Of a stretch of 64,000 nucleotides of DNA, positions 40,858-50,953 are shown in pieces. The stretch is from Gemmatimonadales bacterium (GTDB lineage: Bacteria > Gemmatimonadota > Gemmatimonadetes > Gemmatimonadales > GWC2-71-9). The stretch lies in assembly GCA_041577295.1 (NCBI GenBank), contig JBFGJG010000012.1:23153-87152 (forward strand), read 5' to 3'. The notes under the pieces were generated by a model. That model made no database searches. It was not told where the DNA came from and saw only the letters and a program-made list of their open reading frames with translations. The stretch's first letter is position 1. Each line of letters starts with the position of its first letter. Position numbers and translations under genes: made by a program.

Positions 40858-41732
40858 GTCTCTTCTCGACTTTTCGCGTCGGTCGCGTGACCTGTCACAC
40901 GATCGACGCCGGCCGGCAACGCCTGGACGGGGGTGCCATGTTTGGCGTGGTGCCCAAGCCTTTGTGGGAGCGTCGCATCCCGGCAGATGAGCGGAACCGC
41001 ATTCCCCTGGCGCTCCGGTGTCTGCTGATCGAGCACGACGACGGTCTCGTCCTCGTCGATACGGGTGTTGGGAATAAGGAATCGGCCAAATTTCACGACA
41101 TCTATGGAATCGAGAACCGCGGGCAGCACGGGCCCACCCAATTGGAGGACGCGCTGCTTGCGGTGGGTCATGCTGTTGAGGACGTCCGTTACGTGGTCAA
41201 CACCCACCTGCACTTCGACCACGCCGGCGGGAATACATATGTGCAACGGGAGGGTGCCGAACCCCGCATCGCGTTTCCCCGCGCGACGTACGTGGTGCAG
41301 CAACGCGAACTGGACTTTGCAAGCCGCCTCAACGAGCGCACGGCCGCGAGCTACCTGCCGCCTAACTTTGCGCCGATCGCGGCTGCCAGCCGTTGGCGTC
41401 TCACCCAAGGTGATAGCGAGCTCGTACCCGGGATCCGGTTAGTTCCCACCCCGGGGCATGTTCCGGGGCACCAGTCGGTGTTGCTGCACAGCGATGGTGA
41501 AACCGCGTTCTTCCTGGGCGACCTGGTGCCCACCAGCGCGCATCTCCCGCTGCCATGGATCATGGGGTATGACCTTGAGCCGTTGGTGACGCTCGAATCA
41601 AAGCGGCGGTGGCTGACCAAGGCGGAATCCGAAGGGTGGTTGGTGGTGTTCGAGCACGATCCCGCGCATGGCACGGGGCGGGTGATCCGAGACGGCAAGT
41701 CGTTCGGCCTCGGACCGCTTGACACCCCGTAG
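40854..41732 (+). CDS. MBL-fold metallo-hydrolase (YtnP-like)
   Basis: LDGGAMFGVVPKPLW, THLHFDHAGG, GHVPGH, WIMGYD, FEHD. Confidence 0.9.
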   Translation: MSLFSTFRVGRVTCHTIDAGRQRLDGGAMFGVVPKPLWERRIPADERNRIPLALRCLLIEHDDGLVLVDTGVGNKESAKFHDIYGIENRGQHGPTQLEDALLAVGHAVEDVRYVVNTHLHFDHAGGNTYVQREGAEPRIAFPRATYVVQQRELDFASRLNERTAASYLPPNFAPIAAASRWRLTQGDSELVPGIRLVPTPGHVPGHQSVLLHSDGETAFFLGDLVPTSAHLPLPWIMGYDLEPLVTLESKRRWLTKAESEGWLVVFEHDPAHGTGRVIRDGKSFGLGPLDTP

Positions 41733-41747
41733 GTGTCTACCTAGCTT
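41719..41747 (+). promoter_or_regulatory. Sigma-70 promoter for the infC operon
   Basis: TTGACA-17 nt-TAGCTT. Confidence 0.7.
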
Positions 41748-41753
41748 AGCTTT

Positions 41754-41883
41754 GACAGTTCGGTAAGTGAGCGCCTGTGCGCTTCACCCTCCTGCCACCC
41801 CGCTGGTGCGCGTCGAGGGTTCCGAGATCCGCGAGCATGGCTCGCGTGGTTCGGTATGAGCGGGCGAGGCGTCCGCTTTTTTT
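41754..41883 (+). ncRNA. Structured leader of infC-rpmI-rplT (L20-leader-like attenuator)
   Basis: Hairpins GTGAGCGC/GCGCTTCAC, ACCCTC/GAGGGT and CGCGAGC/GCTCGCG, then a terminator before the infC RBS. Confidence 0.65.
41859..41883 (+). terminator. Intrinsic terminator within the infC leader
   Basis: AGCGGGCG-AGG-CGTCCGCT stem (one G-U) running into T7 (41877-41883). Confidence 0.8.
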
Positions 41884-41914
41884 GTCTCTGACCGGATTCC
41901 TCGAGGAGGTGTCA

Positions 41915-42445
41915 CTGGCCGTACAGCAGCCTGACAAACGAGAGCAACGCGTTCGCGTGAACGAGCAGATTCGCCTGAGTCCCGTGCGGTTGATTGGGGA
42001 AAACGGGGAGCAGGTTGGGATCGTCCCGGTCGAGGATGCGTTGCGGTCGGCGAGAGAACAGGGACTGGACCTCGTCGAAGTGGCGCCGCAAGCCCGACCG
42101 CCCGTGGTCAAGATCATGGACTACGGGAAGTACCGCTTCGAGCAAGCGAAGGCGGCGCGAGCGGCCCGCAAGAAGCAGCACAATATTCAGGTCAAGGAAG
42201 TAAAGTTCCGGCCGGGGATCAGCGATCACGATTTTGAGTTCAAGACTCGGCACGCCCGCAACTTCCTCAAGGAAGGGAACAAGGTGAAGCTCACCATGAT
42301 GTTCCGCGGGCGGCAGGTGACGCACCCCGAGTTTGGCGAAGAGGTGTTGAATCGGGTTTTTGAGTCTCTCCAGGACGTGGCCAAAGTCGAGACCGAGTCC
42401 AAAATGGAGGGACGCAACATGACGATGGTGCTCGCGCCCAGGTAG
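41915..42445 (+). CDS. infC: Translation initiation factor IF-3 (non-canonical start, probably CTG)
   Basis: RVNEQIR, DLVEVAP..PPVVKIMDYGKY, KEVKFRP, FRGRQ. SD GGAGG at 41905-09 with no in-frame ATG/ATT at SD distance. Confidence 0.93.
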   Translation: MAVQQPDKREQRVRVNEQIRLSPVRLIGENGEQVGIVPVEDALRSAREQGLDLVEVAPQARPPVVKIMDYGKYRFEQAKAARAARKKQHNIQVKEVKFRPGISDHDFEFKTRHARNFLKEGNKVKLTMMFRGRQVTHPEFGEEVLNRVFESLQDVAKVETESKMEGRNMTMVLAPR

Positions 42446-42474
42446 GCGTAAGCGCGGGATAACGAGTAGAGACG

Positions 42475-42669
42475 ATGCCCAAGCAAAAAAGCAACAGCGG
42501 CGCGCGCAAGCGCTTTCGCTTTACCGGAAAAGGCAAGATCCGTCGCTTCAAGGCCAATAAGAGCCACATCTTGACCAAGAAGCATCCCAAGCGGAAGCGT
42601 CGGCTACGGCAGCCTGGCCTGATCAAGGGCGGCGACGCGAAGCGCATCAGCACGCTGTTGCAGGGATAG
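42475..42669 (+). CDS. rpmI: 50S ribosomal protein L35
   Basis: [21 protein letters not shown]. Confidence 0.96.
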   Translation: MPKQKSNSGARKRFRFTGKGKIRRFKANKSHILTKKHPKRKRRLRQPGLIKGGDAKRISTLLQG

Positions 42670-42678
42670 GAGGCGACG

Positions 42679-43032
42679 ATGCCCAGGGTCAAATCCAACG
42701 TCGCACGGCTCAAGCGCAAGAAGAAAATCATGCGCGCGGCGAAGGGTGCGCGCGGTGGCCGGAGCAAGCTGTACAAGGCGGCCAAAGAGACGGTTGAGCG
42801 CGGTTGGCGCTACGCCTACCGCGACCGACGCCTGCGCAAGCGGGATTTCCGACGTCTGTGGATCATTCGGATCAATGCCGCTGCGCGGATGCACGACCTT
42901 TCGTACAACCGCTTCATGTCCGGTCTCAGGAAAGCAGGGGTCGAGATCAACCGGAAGGTCCTCGCTGACCTGGCCGTGCGTGACCCCGTCGCTTTTGGTG
43001 AGCTGGCGGAGGTCGCGAAGAAGAGCCTCTAA
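42679..43032 (+). CDS. rplT: 50S ribosomal protein L20
   Basis: [33 protein letters not shown]. Confidence 0.97.
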   Translation: MPRVKSNVARLKRKKKIMRAAKGARGGRSKLYKAAKETVERGWRYAYRDRRLRKRDFRRLWIIRINAAARMHDLSYNRFMSGLRKAGVEINRKVLADLAVRDPVAFGELAEVAKKSL

Positions 43033-43049
43033 GGGATCGGCGATCGCCG

Positions 43050-44084
43050 ATGTCCACAGTGTCTCTCCATCACCAGCAGCTCGAGGAGCTGGCCCGGGCG
43101 GTCGAGCGCGTTGCGCATGCCGATCGCCAGACGCTCCAGGCGCTCAGAACCGAGCTCCTGGGCCGGAAGTCCGGTCGTCTCACCCACCTGCTCCGGTCAC
43201 TTCCACAGCTGTCACCCGACGAACGCCGTGAGATTGGTACACGAGCCAATGAGCTAAAGCGAGAGATCGAAGCGGCGCTCGCGCAACGCGAGCGTGCGCT
43301 CGACGACGCCGAGGCGCGCCAGAGCGAGGTGGATCGCACCATGCCAGGGCGCGCGGTGTGGCGTGGGGGGGTCCATCCGGTCACCGCGGTCGTCGATGAG
43401 ATTTGCCAGATCTTCCGGCTGCTCGGCTTCACCCGCGTCACCGGACCCGAAGTCGAGACGGAGGAGTACAACTTCACCAAGCTGAACATCTCGCTCGATC
43501 ACCCGTCGGCCGACATGCAGGACACGTTTTACCTGGGGCCTCGCGTCCTCCTTCGCACGCACACCTCGCCCATGCAGGCGCGCACGATGGAGCGGTTCCA
43601 GCCGCCCATCCGTATTGTGGTTCCTGGCCAAGCCTACCGTCGCGATGCGTTCGATCCGTCGCACGCGCCCGTCTTCGAGCAGATCGAGGGCCTCGTGGTC
43701 GATGAGGGCGTCAGCTTTGTCGACTTCAAAGCAGGGATCGATTTCTTCGTCAAGAAATTCTTCGCGCCAGATACGGTGGTCCGCTTCCGACCATCGTACT
43801 TCCCCTTCACGGAACCCTCGGCAGAAGTCGATGTCCAGTGCCAGATCTGTCGCGGTGGCGGATGCTCCACGTGCAAACAGACGGGCTGGCTCGAAATCAT
43901 GGGAGCGGGAATGGTCCATCCGGCCGTTTTCGACCACTGCGGCATCGATCCCGAGCGGTACACGGGCTACGCGTTTGGCATGGGGCCGCACCGAATTGCA
44001 CTCCTACGCTATGGGATTCCCGACATCCGGTTGCTCTTTGAGAACGACATGCGCTTTCTCGCCCAGTTCCGGGACTCGCGGTGA
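43050..44084 (+). CDS. pheS: Phenylalanine-tRNA ligase alpha subunit
   Basis: QDTFY, LRTHTSP, FRPSYFPFTEPS, GYAFGMG. Confidence 0.97.
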   Translation: MSTVSLHHQQLEELARAVERVAHADRQTLQALRTELLGRKSGRLTHLLRSLPQLSPDERREIGTRANELKREIEAALAQRERALDDAEARQSEVDRTMPGRAVWRGGVHPVTAVVDEICQIFRLLGFTRVTGPEVETEEYNFTKLNISLDHPSADMQDTFYLGPRVLLRTHTSPMQARTMERFQPPIRIVVPGQAYRRDAFDPSHAPVFEQIEGLVVDEGVSFVDFKAGIDFFVKKFFAPDTVVRFRPSYFPFTEPSAEVDVQCQICRGGGCSTCKQTGWLEIMGAGMVHPAVFDHCGIDPERYTGYAFGMGPHRIALLRYGIPDIRLLFENDMRFLAQFRDSR

Positions 44085-46435
44085 ACGTCTCCATCAATTG
44101 GGTCTCGGCACTGCTCGGGCGCGACGTCGACGGCCAGGAAGCCGCGGAGCTCCTGTCAGGCCGCGCCGCACCTGTCGACAGCGTGCGAGCCGTTCACGGT
44201 GGGTTGCAGTCGCTCGTGGTGGGTGTGGTCGAACAGGTGGGGAAGCATCCTAACGCGGATCGGCTGACGCTCTGCAAGGTGAACGATGGGCGGCATGTCG
44301 TGGACGTGGTCTGCGGTGCACCGAACGTCGCTGCGGGTCGGCGCTATCCCTACGCCCCGGTCGGGACCACGCTGCCAAACGGGATGCGTCTCGACGCGCG
44401 CAAGATCCGCGGAATCGTCTCCAACGGGATGCTGTGTTCCGCCAAGGAACTCGAGCTCGGGCCGGAACACGACGGCATCATGGAGCTCGCAACGGACGCG
44501 GCGGCGGGGACCCCGCTGCTCGACGTCCTGCCGGTTGAGGACACGCTGCTGGAGGTGGATGTCACCCCCAATCGTCCTGACCTCCTGTGTCACAAGGGGA
44601 TCGCGCGGGAACTCGGTGCCGCCTTTGGGCTCCCCGTAAAGCTGCCTTCCATCGAGGGCGCGCCGGATGAGTCGAAGGCTCCGCGCCGCGTTGCGGGGCC
44701 GGGCCACGTCGACGGCATCGATGTGGTCATCGAGGATCTGGAGGGGTGTCCTCGGTACATCGCCGCCGTTATCCGCGGCGTCAACGTGGTCCCCTCACCG
44801 ATGTGGTTACAAGCGAGGCTGCTGGCGATCGGTGCGCGGCCGATCAACAACATCGTGGACGTCACAAACTACCTCCTGTTCGAGCTCAATCAGCCGCTCC
44901 ACGCGTTCGATTATCATCGATTGCGCGGTCATCGGCTCGAGATCCGGCGCGCGCGCAGCGGTGAGCGCCTGACGACCCTCGACGGTCAAGAGCGCGCGCT
45001 GACCACCGGCATGACCATGATTTGCGATGCCGAGGGCCCGACGGCCATCGGCGGTGTCATGGGTGGCGCGGATTCCGAAGTGACCACGGAGACCACCGAT
45101 GTCGTCCTCGAATGCGCGTACTTCGATCCGAAGCGTATTCGCGAGACCCGCAAGGCGCTCCGACTTACCACGGAGGCGTCCTATCGATTTGAGCGCGGCA
45201 CCGATCTGCAGGCGATGCCGGAGGTAGTCCGTAGGGCGGTCTCGATGATCCGCGCGGTCGCCGGTGGTCGGGAGACCGAGGTGGCCGCCGACGTGTATCC
45301 CAAGCCAGCTGCGGCCCGAACGGTGTTTCTGAGACCTGAGCGGGTCGCGCACGTTTTGGGTGTCGCACTTCCCCGCGAGGAGATCGAGCAACTCCTCAGC
45401 AGTGTGGGCTTCACCGTGGCTCCCAAGGACGGTCGCCTGGCGGCACAGGTGCCCGGGTGGCGTCCGGACGTTGTCCGAGAGGTGGACCTCATCGAGGAGG
45501 TTGCGCGGCTGCACGGCTACGACGCGTTTCCCGTCGAGTTGCGACCCTTCCGCCCAAGCGCCGTCCCGGACGATGCGAGCGAGATCGTCAAGCGGCAACT
45601 ACGGGCCGTGCTGAGCGGTATGGGTCTCTACGAAGCCCGCTGCCTCCCCCTCGTGCCCGATGGGGGTCCGGGTGCGGCGGGGTTGCTGAACCCCCTGTCC
45701 GCCGAGGAGTCCTTCCTTCGGCGGCGCCTCTTACCCGGGCTCGTCCGTTCGGCTGAACACAACTGGGCCAATCGCGTGCGGGATATTCGGCTGTTCGAAA
45801 TCGGCGCAACGTTTCGAGATCGAGGCGCGGAGCTCCCCGAAGAATCTCTGCGGTGTGCCGGTGTAATATCCGGTGCTCGTGTGCCACCCCACTGGTCTGA
45901 TGGGAGGAACACCCCGGATTACGACGCGTGGGACATCAAAGAGTTACTCGCGGAAGCCGCACAGGTGGGCGGCGCGGATGGAAGCATCGAGGCCAACGAC
46001 GATGGATGGGTGCTGGTGGACACGGATGGTGCACAACGCGGATGGGCGGGCCCCCTCAGCGCAGATAGCCCGGCCTGGGCAGCGCCGTTGTATGGCTTCG
46101 AATTCGATCTGGACGTGCATGATCGGGAAGCGAAACAATTCACTGCGCTCCCGACGACACCACCGGTGGAGCGGGACCTCGCGCTGGTGCTTCCCGCGGG
46201 CGTGACCGCGCGTGAGGTCACCAGCGCCATGCGGCAACTGGGCGGTGACTTACTCGAACGTCTCACGATCTTCGATCTGTATCAGAGCGAGGAGTTGCGT
46301 GGTCGCAGTGTTGCCTGGCGACTCGTTTTCCGAGCGCCGGACCGCACCTTGCGGGACCAAGAGGTTGACAAGATCGTTGAGAGGATCTTGGGACACATCA
46401 AGGAGCACTTCGGTGTCGACCGACGAGAGGCCTGA
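44081..46435 (+). CDS. pheT: Phenylalanine-tRNA ligase beta subunit
   Basis: HPNADRL, VCGAPN, TPNRPD, RFERG, DLIEEVAR and the FDX-ACB C-terminus. Confidence 0.96.
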   Translation: MNVSINWVSALLGRDVDGQEAAELLSGRAAPVDSVRAVHGGLQSLVVGVVEQVGKHPNADRLTLCKVNDGRHVVDVVCGAPNVAAGRRYPYAPVGTTLPNGMRLDARKIRGIVSNGMLCSAKELELGPEHDGIMELATDAAAGTPLLDVLPVEDTLLEVDVTPNRPDLLCHKGIARELGAAFGLPVKLPSIEGAPDESKAPRRVAGPGHVDGIDVVIEDLEGCPRYIAAVIRGVNVVPSPMWLQARLLAIGARPINNIVDVTNYLLFELNQPLHAFDYHRLRGHRLEIRRARSGERLTTLDGQERALTTGMTMICDAEGPTAIGGVMGGADSEVTTETTDVVLECAYFDPKRIRETRKALRLTTEASYRFERGTDLQAMPEVVRRAVSMIRAVAGGRETEVAADVYPKPAAARTVFLRPERVAHVLGVALPREEIEQLLSSVGFTVAPKDGRLAAQVPGWRPDVVREVDLIEEVARLHGYDAFPVELRPFRPSAVPDDASEIVKRQLRAVLSGMGLYEARCLPLVPDGGPGAAGLLNPLSAEESFLRRRLLPGLVRSAEHNWANRVRDIRLFEIGATFRDRGAELPEESLRCAGVISGARVPPHWSDGRNTPDYDAWDIKELLAEAAQVGGADGSIEANDDGWVLVDTDGAQRGWAGPLSADSPAWAAPLYGFEFDLDVHDREAKQFTALPTTPPVERDLALVLPAGVTAREVTSAMRQLGGDLLERLTIFDLYQSEELRGRSVAWRLVFRAPDRTLRDQEVDKIVERILGHIKEHFGVDRREA

Positions 46436-46709
46436 GTTCCAAGCGTTAGAGCAGTTGGAGGAGGTCCTCCACCTGGTCACGGAGGAGTTGGCCGGGTGGC
46501 GCCGGCGTGCGCTCAAGGCCGAAGCGGAACACTCGGCCCCCGACGTAGAGGACAACGCCGTGAGCGTCCGCGAGCGGCTGGCGCGGCTGGAGGCCGAGAA
46601 TCGCGAACTACACAAGCGGCTCGAGACCGCCAGGCAACGACTCAGCGGACTGCTCGGGCGTCTGCGCTTTCTCGAGGAACAGACCGCTATGGAGGGACAG
46701 CGATCGTGA
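46413..46709 (+). CDS. Small coiled-coil protein (ZapB-like by position)
   Basis: GTG 46413 follows AGGAG. Heptad-rich sequence lying between pheT and zapA. Confidence 0.7.
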   Translation: MSTDERPEFQALEQLEEVLHLVTEELAGWRRRALKAEAEHSAPDVEDNAVSVRERLARLEAENRELHKRLETARQRLSGLLGRLRFLEEQTAMEGQRS

Positions 46710-47047
46710 GCGCCAACATCAAGAAGAACGCCGTCAAGGTGACGATCGGAGGGGATGAGTACACGCTGAGATCGGATCGCCCTGCGGAGTACACTCGGGC
46801 CGTTGCCGATCACGTCGATCGCACGTTGGGTGAGGTCTTGTCCGGTGGCAGTATGGTCGAGACCCATAAGGGGGCGATTCTCGCCGCGCTCGCCATCACG
46901 GATGAGCTGTTTCAGGCCCGCAGATCCCAGCGCGACATGACCCGGCGACTGCAAACCTTAGCCGCCGACCTCTCGCGAGTACTGCCGCCCAACAAGCGCA
47001 GCCCACACCTGACTACCCAGTTTGCCTCTACGGCGGAAGGCACATAA
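46706..47047 (+). CDS. zapA: Cell division protein ZapA
   Basis: [31 protein letters not shown]. Confidence 0.88.
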   Translation: MSANIKKNAVKVTIGGDEYTLRSDRPAEYTRAVADHVDRTLGEVLSGGSMVETHKGAILAALAITDELFQARRSQRDMTRRLQTLAADLSRVLPPNKRSPHLTTQFASTAEGT

Positions 47048-47123
47048 TTTACTAGCGACCAATAACTTGCGAGTAGCGGGAGGGAACCGATCGCGCGAAC
47101 CGGGGCCCCCGCTGGAGATAGAT

Positions 47124-48701
47124 ATGGATCAGGTAGTGCTCGTCGTCCTGGCCGTCTTGGCGACCGCAGGGGTCACTGGGACGGCCTTCTACATTCTGGG
47201 TCGCCGCAACGAACGCGGGGAGGCAGAGCGCGCGGGTCGATCTGCGCAACAGCAGGCCGAACGCCTCCTCAGTGAGGCCCGGCGCGACGCCGAGAGCCAG
47301 CGCGCCGAAGCGGCACTCGCGGCCAAGGAAGAACGCATGCGGGCCCGTGAGGAGCTGGAAGCAGAAGCGAAGGAGCGCCGTGAGGAGCTCGATCGACACA
47401 CCCGGCGGCTCGAAGAGCGCGAGACGCTGATCGATCGCAAACTCAACACGCTCGATGACAAGGACCGCGAGCTACAGCAGCGGACTCAGTCACTGACCGA
47501 TCGAGAAAAGCTTGTCGCCGGACGCGAAGAGACCACCGCCAAGCTCGAAGCGGAACAGCGTCAGCGTCTGGAACAGCTGGCAGGGATGACGGCGGTTGAG
47601 GCCAAGCAACAGCTCATGCAGGAAATGACCGAGGCCGCGAAGAGCGAGGCGGCGGCCATCGTCCGAGACATTCGGGAGGACGCCAAACGCTCTGCGGACA
47701 AGGAGGCAAAAAAGATCGTCGCGCTGGCCATTCAGCGAATGGCTGCCGATCAGACCACAGAGAGCACTGTGTCCGCCGTCTCACTTCCCAACGATGAGAT
47801 GAAAGGTCGAATCATCGGTCGCGAGGGACGGAACATCCGCGCCTTCGAGACCGCGACCGGTGTCGACGTGATCATCGACGACACGCCAGACACCGTAGTC
47901 ATCTCGTGTTTCGACCCGATACGGCGTGAAGTGGCGCGTCGTTCGCTCGAGCAGCTCATCTCCGATGGGCGCATCCATCCGGGGCGCATCGAGGAGATCG
48001 TGGAGAAGGTGCGGGTTGAGCTGGAGGCCCAGCTCGTCGAGGCGGGGGAGCAAGCGGTCTATGACCTCGGCATTCACGGTATGCATGCCGAGCTGGTAAA
48101 GCTCGTCGGCCGCATGAAGTATCGCACGTCGTACGGTCAGAACATTCTCTACCACTCCAAGGAGGTCGCCTGGCTCGCCGGCATGATGGCGGCAGAGCTC
48201 AAGTTGGACGTGCACCTCGCCAAGCGGGGAGGTCTCCTTCACGACATCGGCAAGGTGCTCACACACCAGCACGACGGCACACACGTGGAGTTGGGCATCG
48301 AGGTGGCAACCAAGTACGGCGAGCATTCCCTGGTGATCAACGCCATCGCCGCGCATCACGACGACGTTCCGCACGAGTCTCCTATCTCGGTCATCGTCCA
48401 AGCCGCCGATGCGGTCAGCGGTGCCCGTCCCGGGGCGCGTCGAGAGGCGTTCGAGACGTATGTCAAGCGGCTGGCGAATCTCGAACACATCGCGACGAGC
48501 TTCAAAGGGGTCGAGAAAGCATACGCGATTCAGGCAGGTCGCGAAGTGCGAATCGCGGTGTTGCCGGAGGCGCTCGATGACGGGGCGGCGGCAGAGTTGT
48601 CCGAGCAGGTCGCGCGCAAGATCGAAGGAGAGCTGCAGTACCCGGGACAGATCAAGGTGGTGGTCATTCGAGAAACCAGGGCGGTCGAGTATGCCCGCTA
48701 A
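47124..48701 (+). CDS. rny: Ribonuclease Y
   Basis: N-terminal TM, coiled coil, KH ([13 protein letters not shown]), HD (LLHDIGK), RPGAR. ATG 47124 follows GGAG. Confidence 0.97.
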   Translation: MDQVVLVVLAVLATAGVTGTAFYILGRRNERGEAERAGRSAQQQAERLLSEARRDAESQRAEAALAAKEERMRAREELEAEAKERREELDRHTRRLEERETLIDRKLNTLDDKDRELQQRTQSLTDREKLVAGREETTAKLEAEQRQRLEQLAGMTAVEAKQQLMQEMTEAAKSEAAAIVRDIREDAKRSADKEAKKIVALAIQRMAADQTTESTVSAVSLPNDEMKGRIIGREGRNIRAFETATGVDVIIDDTPDTVVISCFDPIRREVARRSLEQLISDGRIHPGRIEEIVEKVRVELEAQLVEAGEQAVYDLGIHGMHAELVKLVGRMKYRTSYGQNILYHSKEVAWLAGMMAAELKLDVHLAKRGGLLHDIGKVLTHQHDGTHVELGIEVATKYGEHSLVINAIAAHHDDVPHESPISVIVQAADAVSGARPGARREAFETYVKRLANLEHIATSFKGVEKAYAIQAGREVRIAVLPEALDDGAAAELSEQVARKIEGELQYPGQIKVVVIRETRAVEYAR

Positions 48702-49575
48702 GATCATCAGCGGGACGCAGATCGCGAAGCGGATGCGGGCCGAGCTCGCGCCCAAAGTGCAGAATCTCATCCAACGAGGCGTGAAGCCAGGCTTGGCGGT
48801 CGTGCTGGTGGGCGACGACCCGGCGAGTCACGTCTACGTGCGAATGAAAGGTCGCGCCTGCGAGGACGCCGGGATGCACTCTCAGACGATCAAGCGGCCT
48901 GGAGACACCCCCGAGGAAGAGGTCCTAGGCATCCTCGATGAGCTCAACCACGACCAAGCCATCCACGGAATTCTCGTTCAGCTGCCACTCCCCGATCACA
49001 TCGATGAGGGACGCATCCTCCAGGCTGTGAGACCTGAGAAGGACGTCGACGGTTTTCATCCAATCAACGTGGGCAAAGTGGCCATCGGTGATCCCACGGG
49101 ATTCCGTCCCGCCACTCCGTATGGGGTGCAGCAGATGCTGGTTCGGAGCAAGGTGGAGACGTGCGGCGCCCACGCCGTGATCGTCGGCCGCTCGAACATC
49201 GTAGGGCGTCCCATGGCTTCGCTTCTCCTCCAACGGGGACTCGGGGGCGACGCAACGGTTACCGTCTGTCACTCCCGTACCGGAGATCTCCCGGCAATCA
49301 CACGCCAAGCCGACATCCTCGTCGTAGCCATTGGCAAACCCGAGTTTGTCACCCGGGAGATGATCCGCCCCGGCGCGGTAGTGGTGGACGTCGGGGTCAA
49401 CCGCGTCGACGATCCGTCTTCGGAGAAGGGCTACCGGCTGGTGGGCGACGTCGACTTCGAGGCGGCCTCGGAGATTGCGTCGGCTGTGACCCCCGTTCCG
49501 GGGGGCGTCGGCCCGATGACTATCACGATGCTGCTCTACAATACCGTGCAGGCCGCGCACCAGTGGGCGGCGTAG
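48691..49575 (+). CDS. folD: Methylenetetrahydrofolate dehydrogenase/cyclohydrolase
   Basis: [34 protein letters not shown]. Confidence 0.97.
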   Translation: MPAKIISGTQIAKRMRAELAPKVQNLIQRGVKPGLAVVLVGDDPASHVYVRMKGRACEDAGMHSQTIKRPGDTPEEEVLGILDELNHDQAIHGILVQLPLPDHIDEGRILQAVRPEKDVDGFHPINVGKVAIGDPTGFRPATPYGVQQMLVRSKVETCGAHAVIVGRSNIVGRPMASLLLQRGLGGDATVTVCHSRTGDLPAITRQADILVVAIGKPEFVTREMIRPGAVVVDVGVNRVDDPSSEKGYRLVGDVDFEAASEIASAVTPVPGGVGPMTITMLLYNTVQAAHQWAA

Positions 49576-50732
49576 ATCTCTTCGGGAACCCCGCGACTGC
49601 CGTAGCTTCAGAGCGTGCTTGGACCGTAGCGGAGATCACGCGACGGGCGCGCCAACTTCTCGAGGCTGGCTTCCCACGCGTATGGGTGCGTGGCGAGATG
49701 ACCGGCTTCAAAGCCTACCGCAGCGGACACTGGTATTTCACCCTGCGCGATACCCAGGCGCAGGTGCGGTGTGTCATGTGGCGAAGGGACAACCTCCGCT
49801 TGCGGGAGCGGCCAGAGGAGGGAACCGAGATCTTCGTCCTCGTGCAGCCGACCGTCTGGGAGGAGCGGGGGGAGTTTCGACTCACGGTGCGCGAAATGAT
49901 CCCCACCGCCGCGGGCGGCCGCTGGCAATTGGAGCTCGAGCGTGCCAAGACCGCTCTCGCGCAAGACGGCTTATTGGATCCGACGCGCAAGCGTACGTTA
50001 CCGCAGTATCCGCGGCGGTTGGCGGTGATCACGAGCCTCGACGGGGCCGCCCTTCGTGATATCACTGCCATTGTACGGCGACGCTGGCCACTTGCGGAGC
50101 TCTTTGTCCTCGCCACGCAGGTCCAAGGGGACGACGCGGAGCGACAATTGTGTCGCGCCCTCGGAACGGTAAACCGCATCCCCGGAGTCGAGCTCGTGAT
50201 CGTCGGCCGCGGTGGGGGGTCCCGCGAGGATCTGTGGGTCTTCAACAGTGAGCGGGTTGCTCGAGCGGTTGCCGCGGTGCGCGTGCCGACGATTTCTGCA
50301 GTCGGACACGAGACCGACGTCTCTTTGACGGACCTCGTCGCGGACATGCGCGCGGCGACGCCGTCCGCCGCGGCGGAAGCCGCAGTGCCGGACCGGGCCG
50401 CGGTGCTTCCCACGCTCAATGGCGTGGCGCGCCGCCTCGCCAAGGCGCTGGCCGGTCGTGCAGGAATGGCCGAGGAGCGCCTCGCGCGCACCGGTGACCG
50501 GCTGACGACGGCGCTCCAGCTGCATCTCGATCGCAGAGCTGCGAAGTTGGACCGCCTCGCAGGGAAACTCGACGCCCTGAGTCCTCTCAAGGTTCTCGAC
50601 CGAGGCTACGCGATCGCGCGAAGCGAGACCAATCAGGTACTGAAGCGTGTGGGGCAGTTCACTCCCGGGCTGCGGTTCCGCCTTCGCGTTGCGGATGGTG
50701 AAGTCCGTGCGAGGTCAGAAGGCAATGAGTGA
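49563..50732 (+). CDS. xseA: Exodeoxyribonuclease VII large subunit
   Basis: SGHWYFTLRD, RGGGSREDL, VGHETD, TPSAAAE, SPLKVLDRGY. Start approximate. Confidence 0.94.
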   Translation: MGGVDLFGNPATAVASERAWTVAEITRRARQLLEAGFPRVWVRGEMTGFKAYRSGHWYFTLRDTQAQVRCVMWRRDNLRLRERPEEGTEIFVLVQPTVWEERGEFRLTVREMIPTAAGGRWQLELERAKTALAQDGLLDPTRKRTLPQYPRRLAVITSLDGAALRDITAIVRRRWPLAELFVLATQVQGDDAERQLCRALGTVNRIPGVELVIVGRGGGSREDLWVFNSERVARAVAAVRVPTISAVGHETDVSLTDLVADMRAATPSAAAEAAVPDRAAVLPTLNGVARRLAKALAGRAGMAEERLARTGDRLTTALQLHLDRRAAKLDRLAGKLDALSPLKVLDRGYAIARSETNQVLKRVGQFTPGLRFRLRVADGEVRARSEGNE

Positions 50733-50952
50733 GCCAACGCCGACGTTCCGAACAGCACTCGAGGCACTCGAAGCCATCGTGCGCGAGCTCGAGGAGACGG
50801 ACATCGATCTCGATCGTGCCCTGCAGCTCTTCGAGGATGGCGTACGCCACTTGAAAATCGCTCGAGAGCTCTTGCAGCAATCAGAGCTCACCGTAAAGCG
50901 CGTTCTGGAGGAATCCGACGGCACGCTTAAAGCAACCGATCTCTCCGTCTGA
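50725..50952 (+). CDS. xseB: Exodeoxyribonuclease VII small subunit
   Basis: ALEALEAIVRELE..LDRALQLFEDG. Confidence 0.92.
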   Translation: MSEPTPTFRTALEALEAIVRELEETDIDLDRALQLFEDGVRHLKIARELLQQSELTVKRVLEESDGTLKATDLSV

Positions 50953-50953
50953 G

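Noticed and set aside
43836..43875. CxxC-x3-CxxC insert in PheS
   Set aside because: A common zinc-binding insert in many bacterial PheS proteins.
47048..47123. 6S RNA at its common zapA-downstream position
   Set aside because: The gap is only 76 bp.
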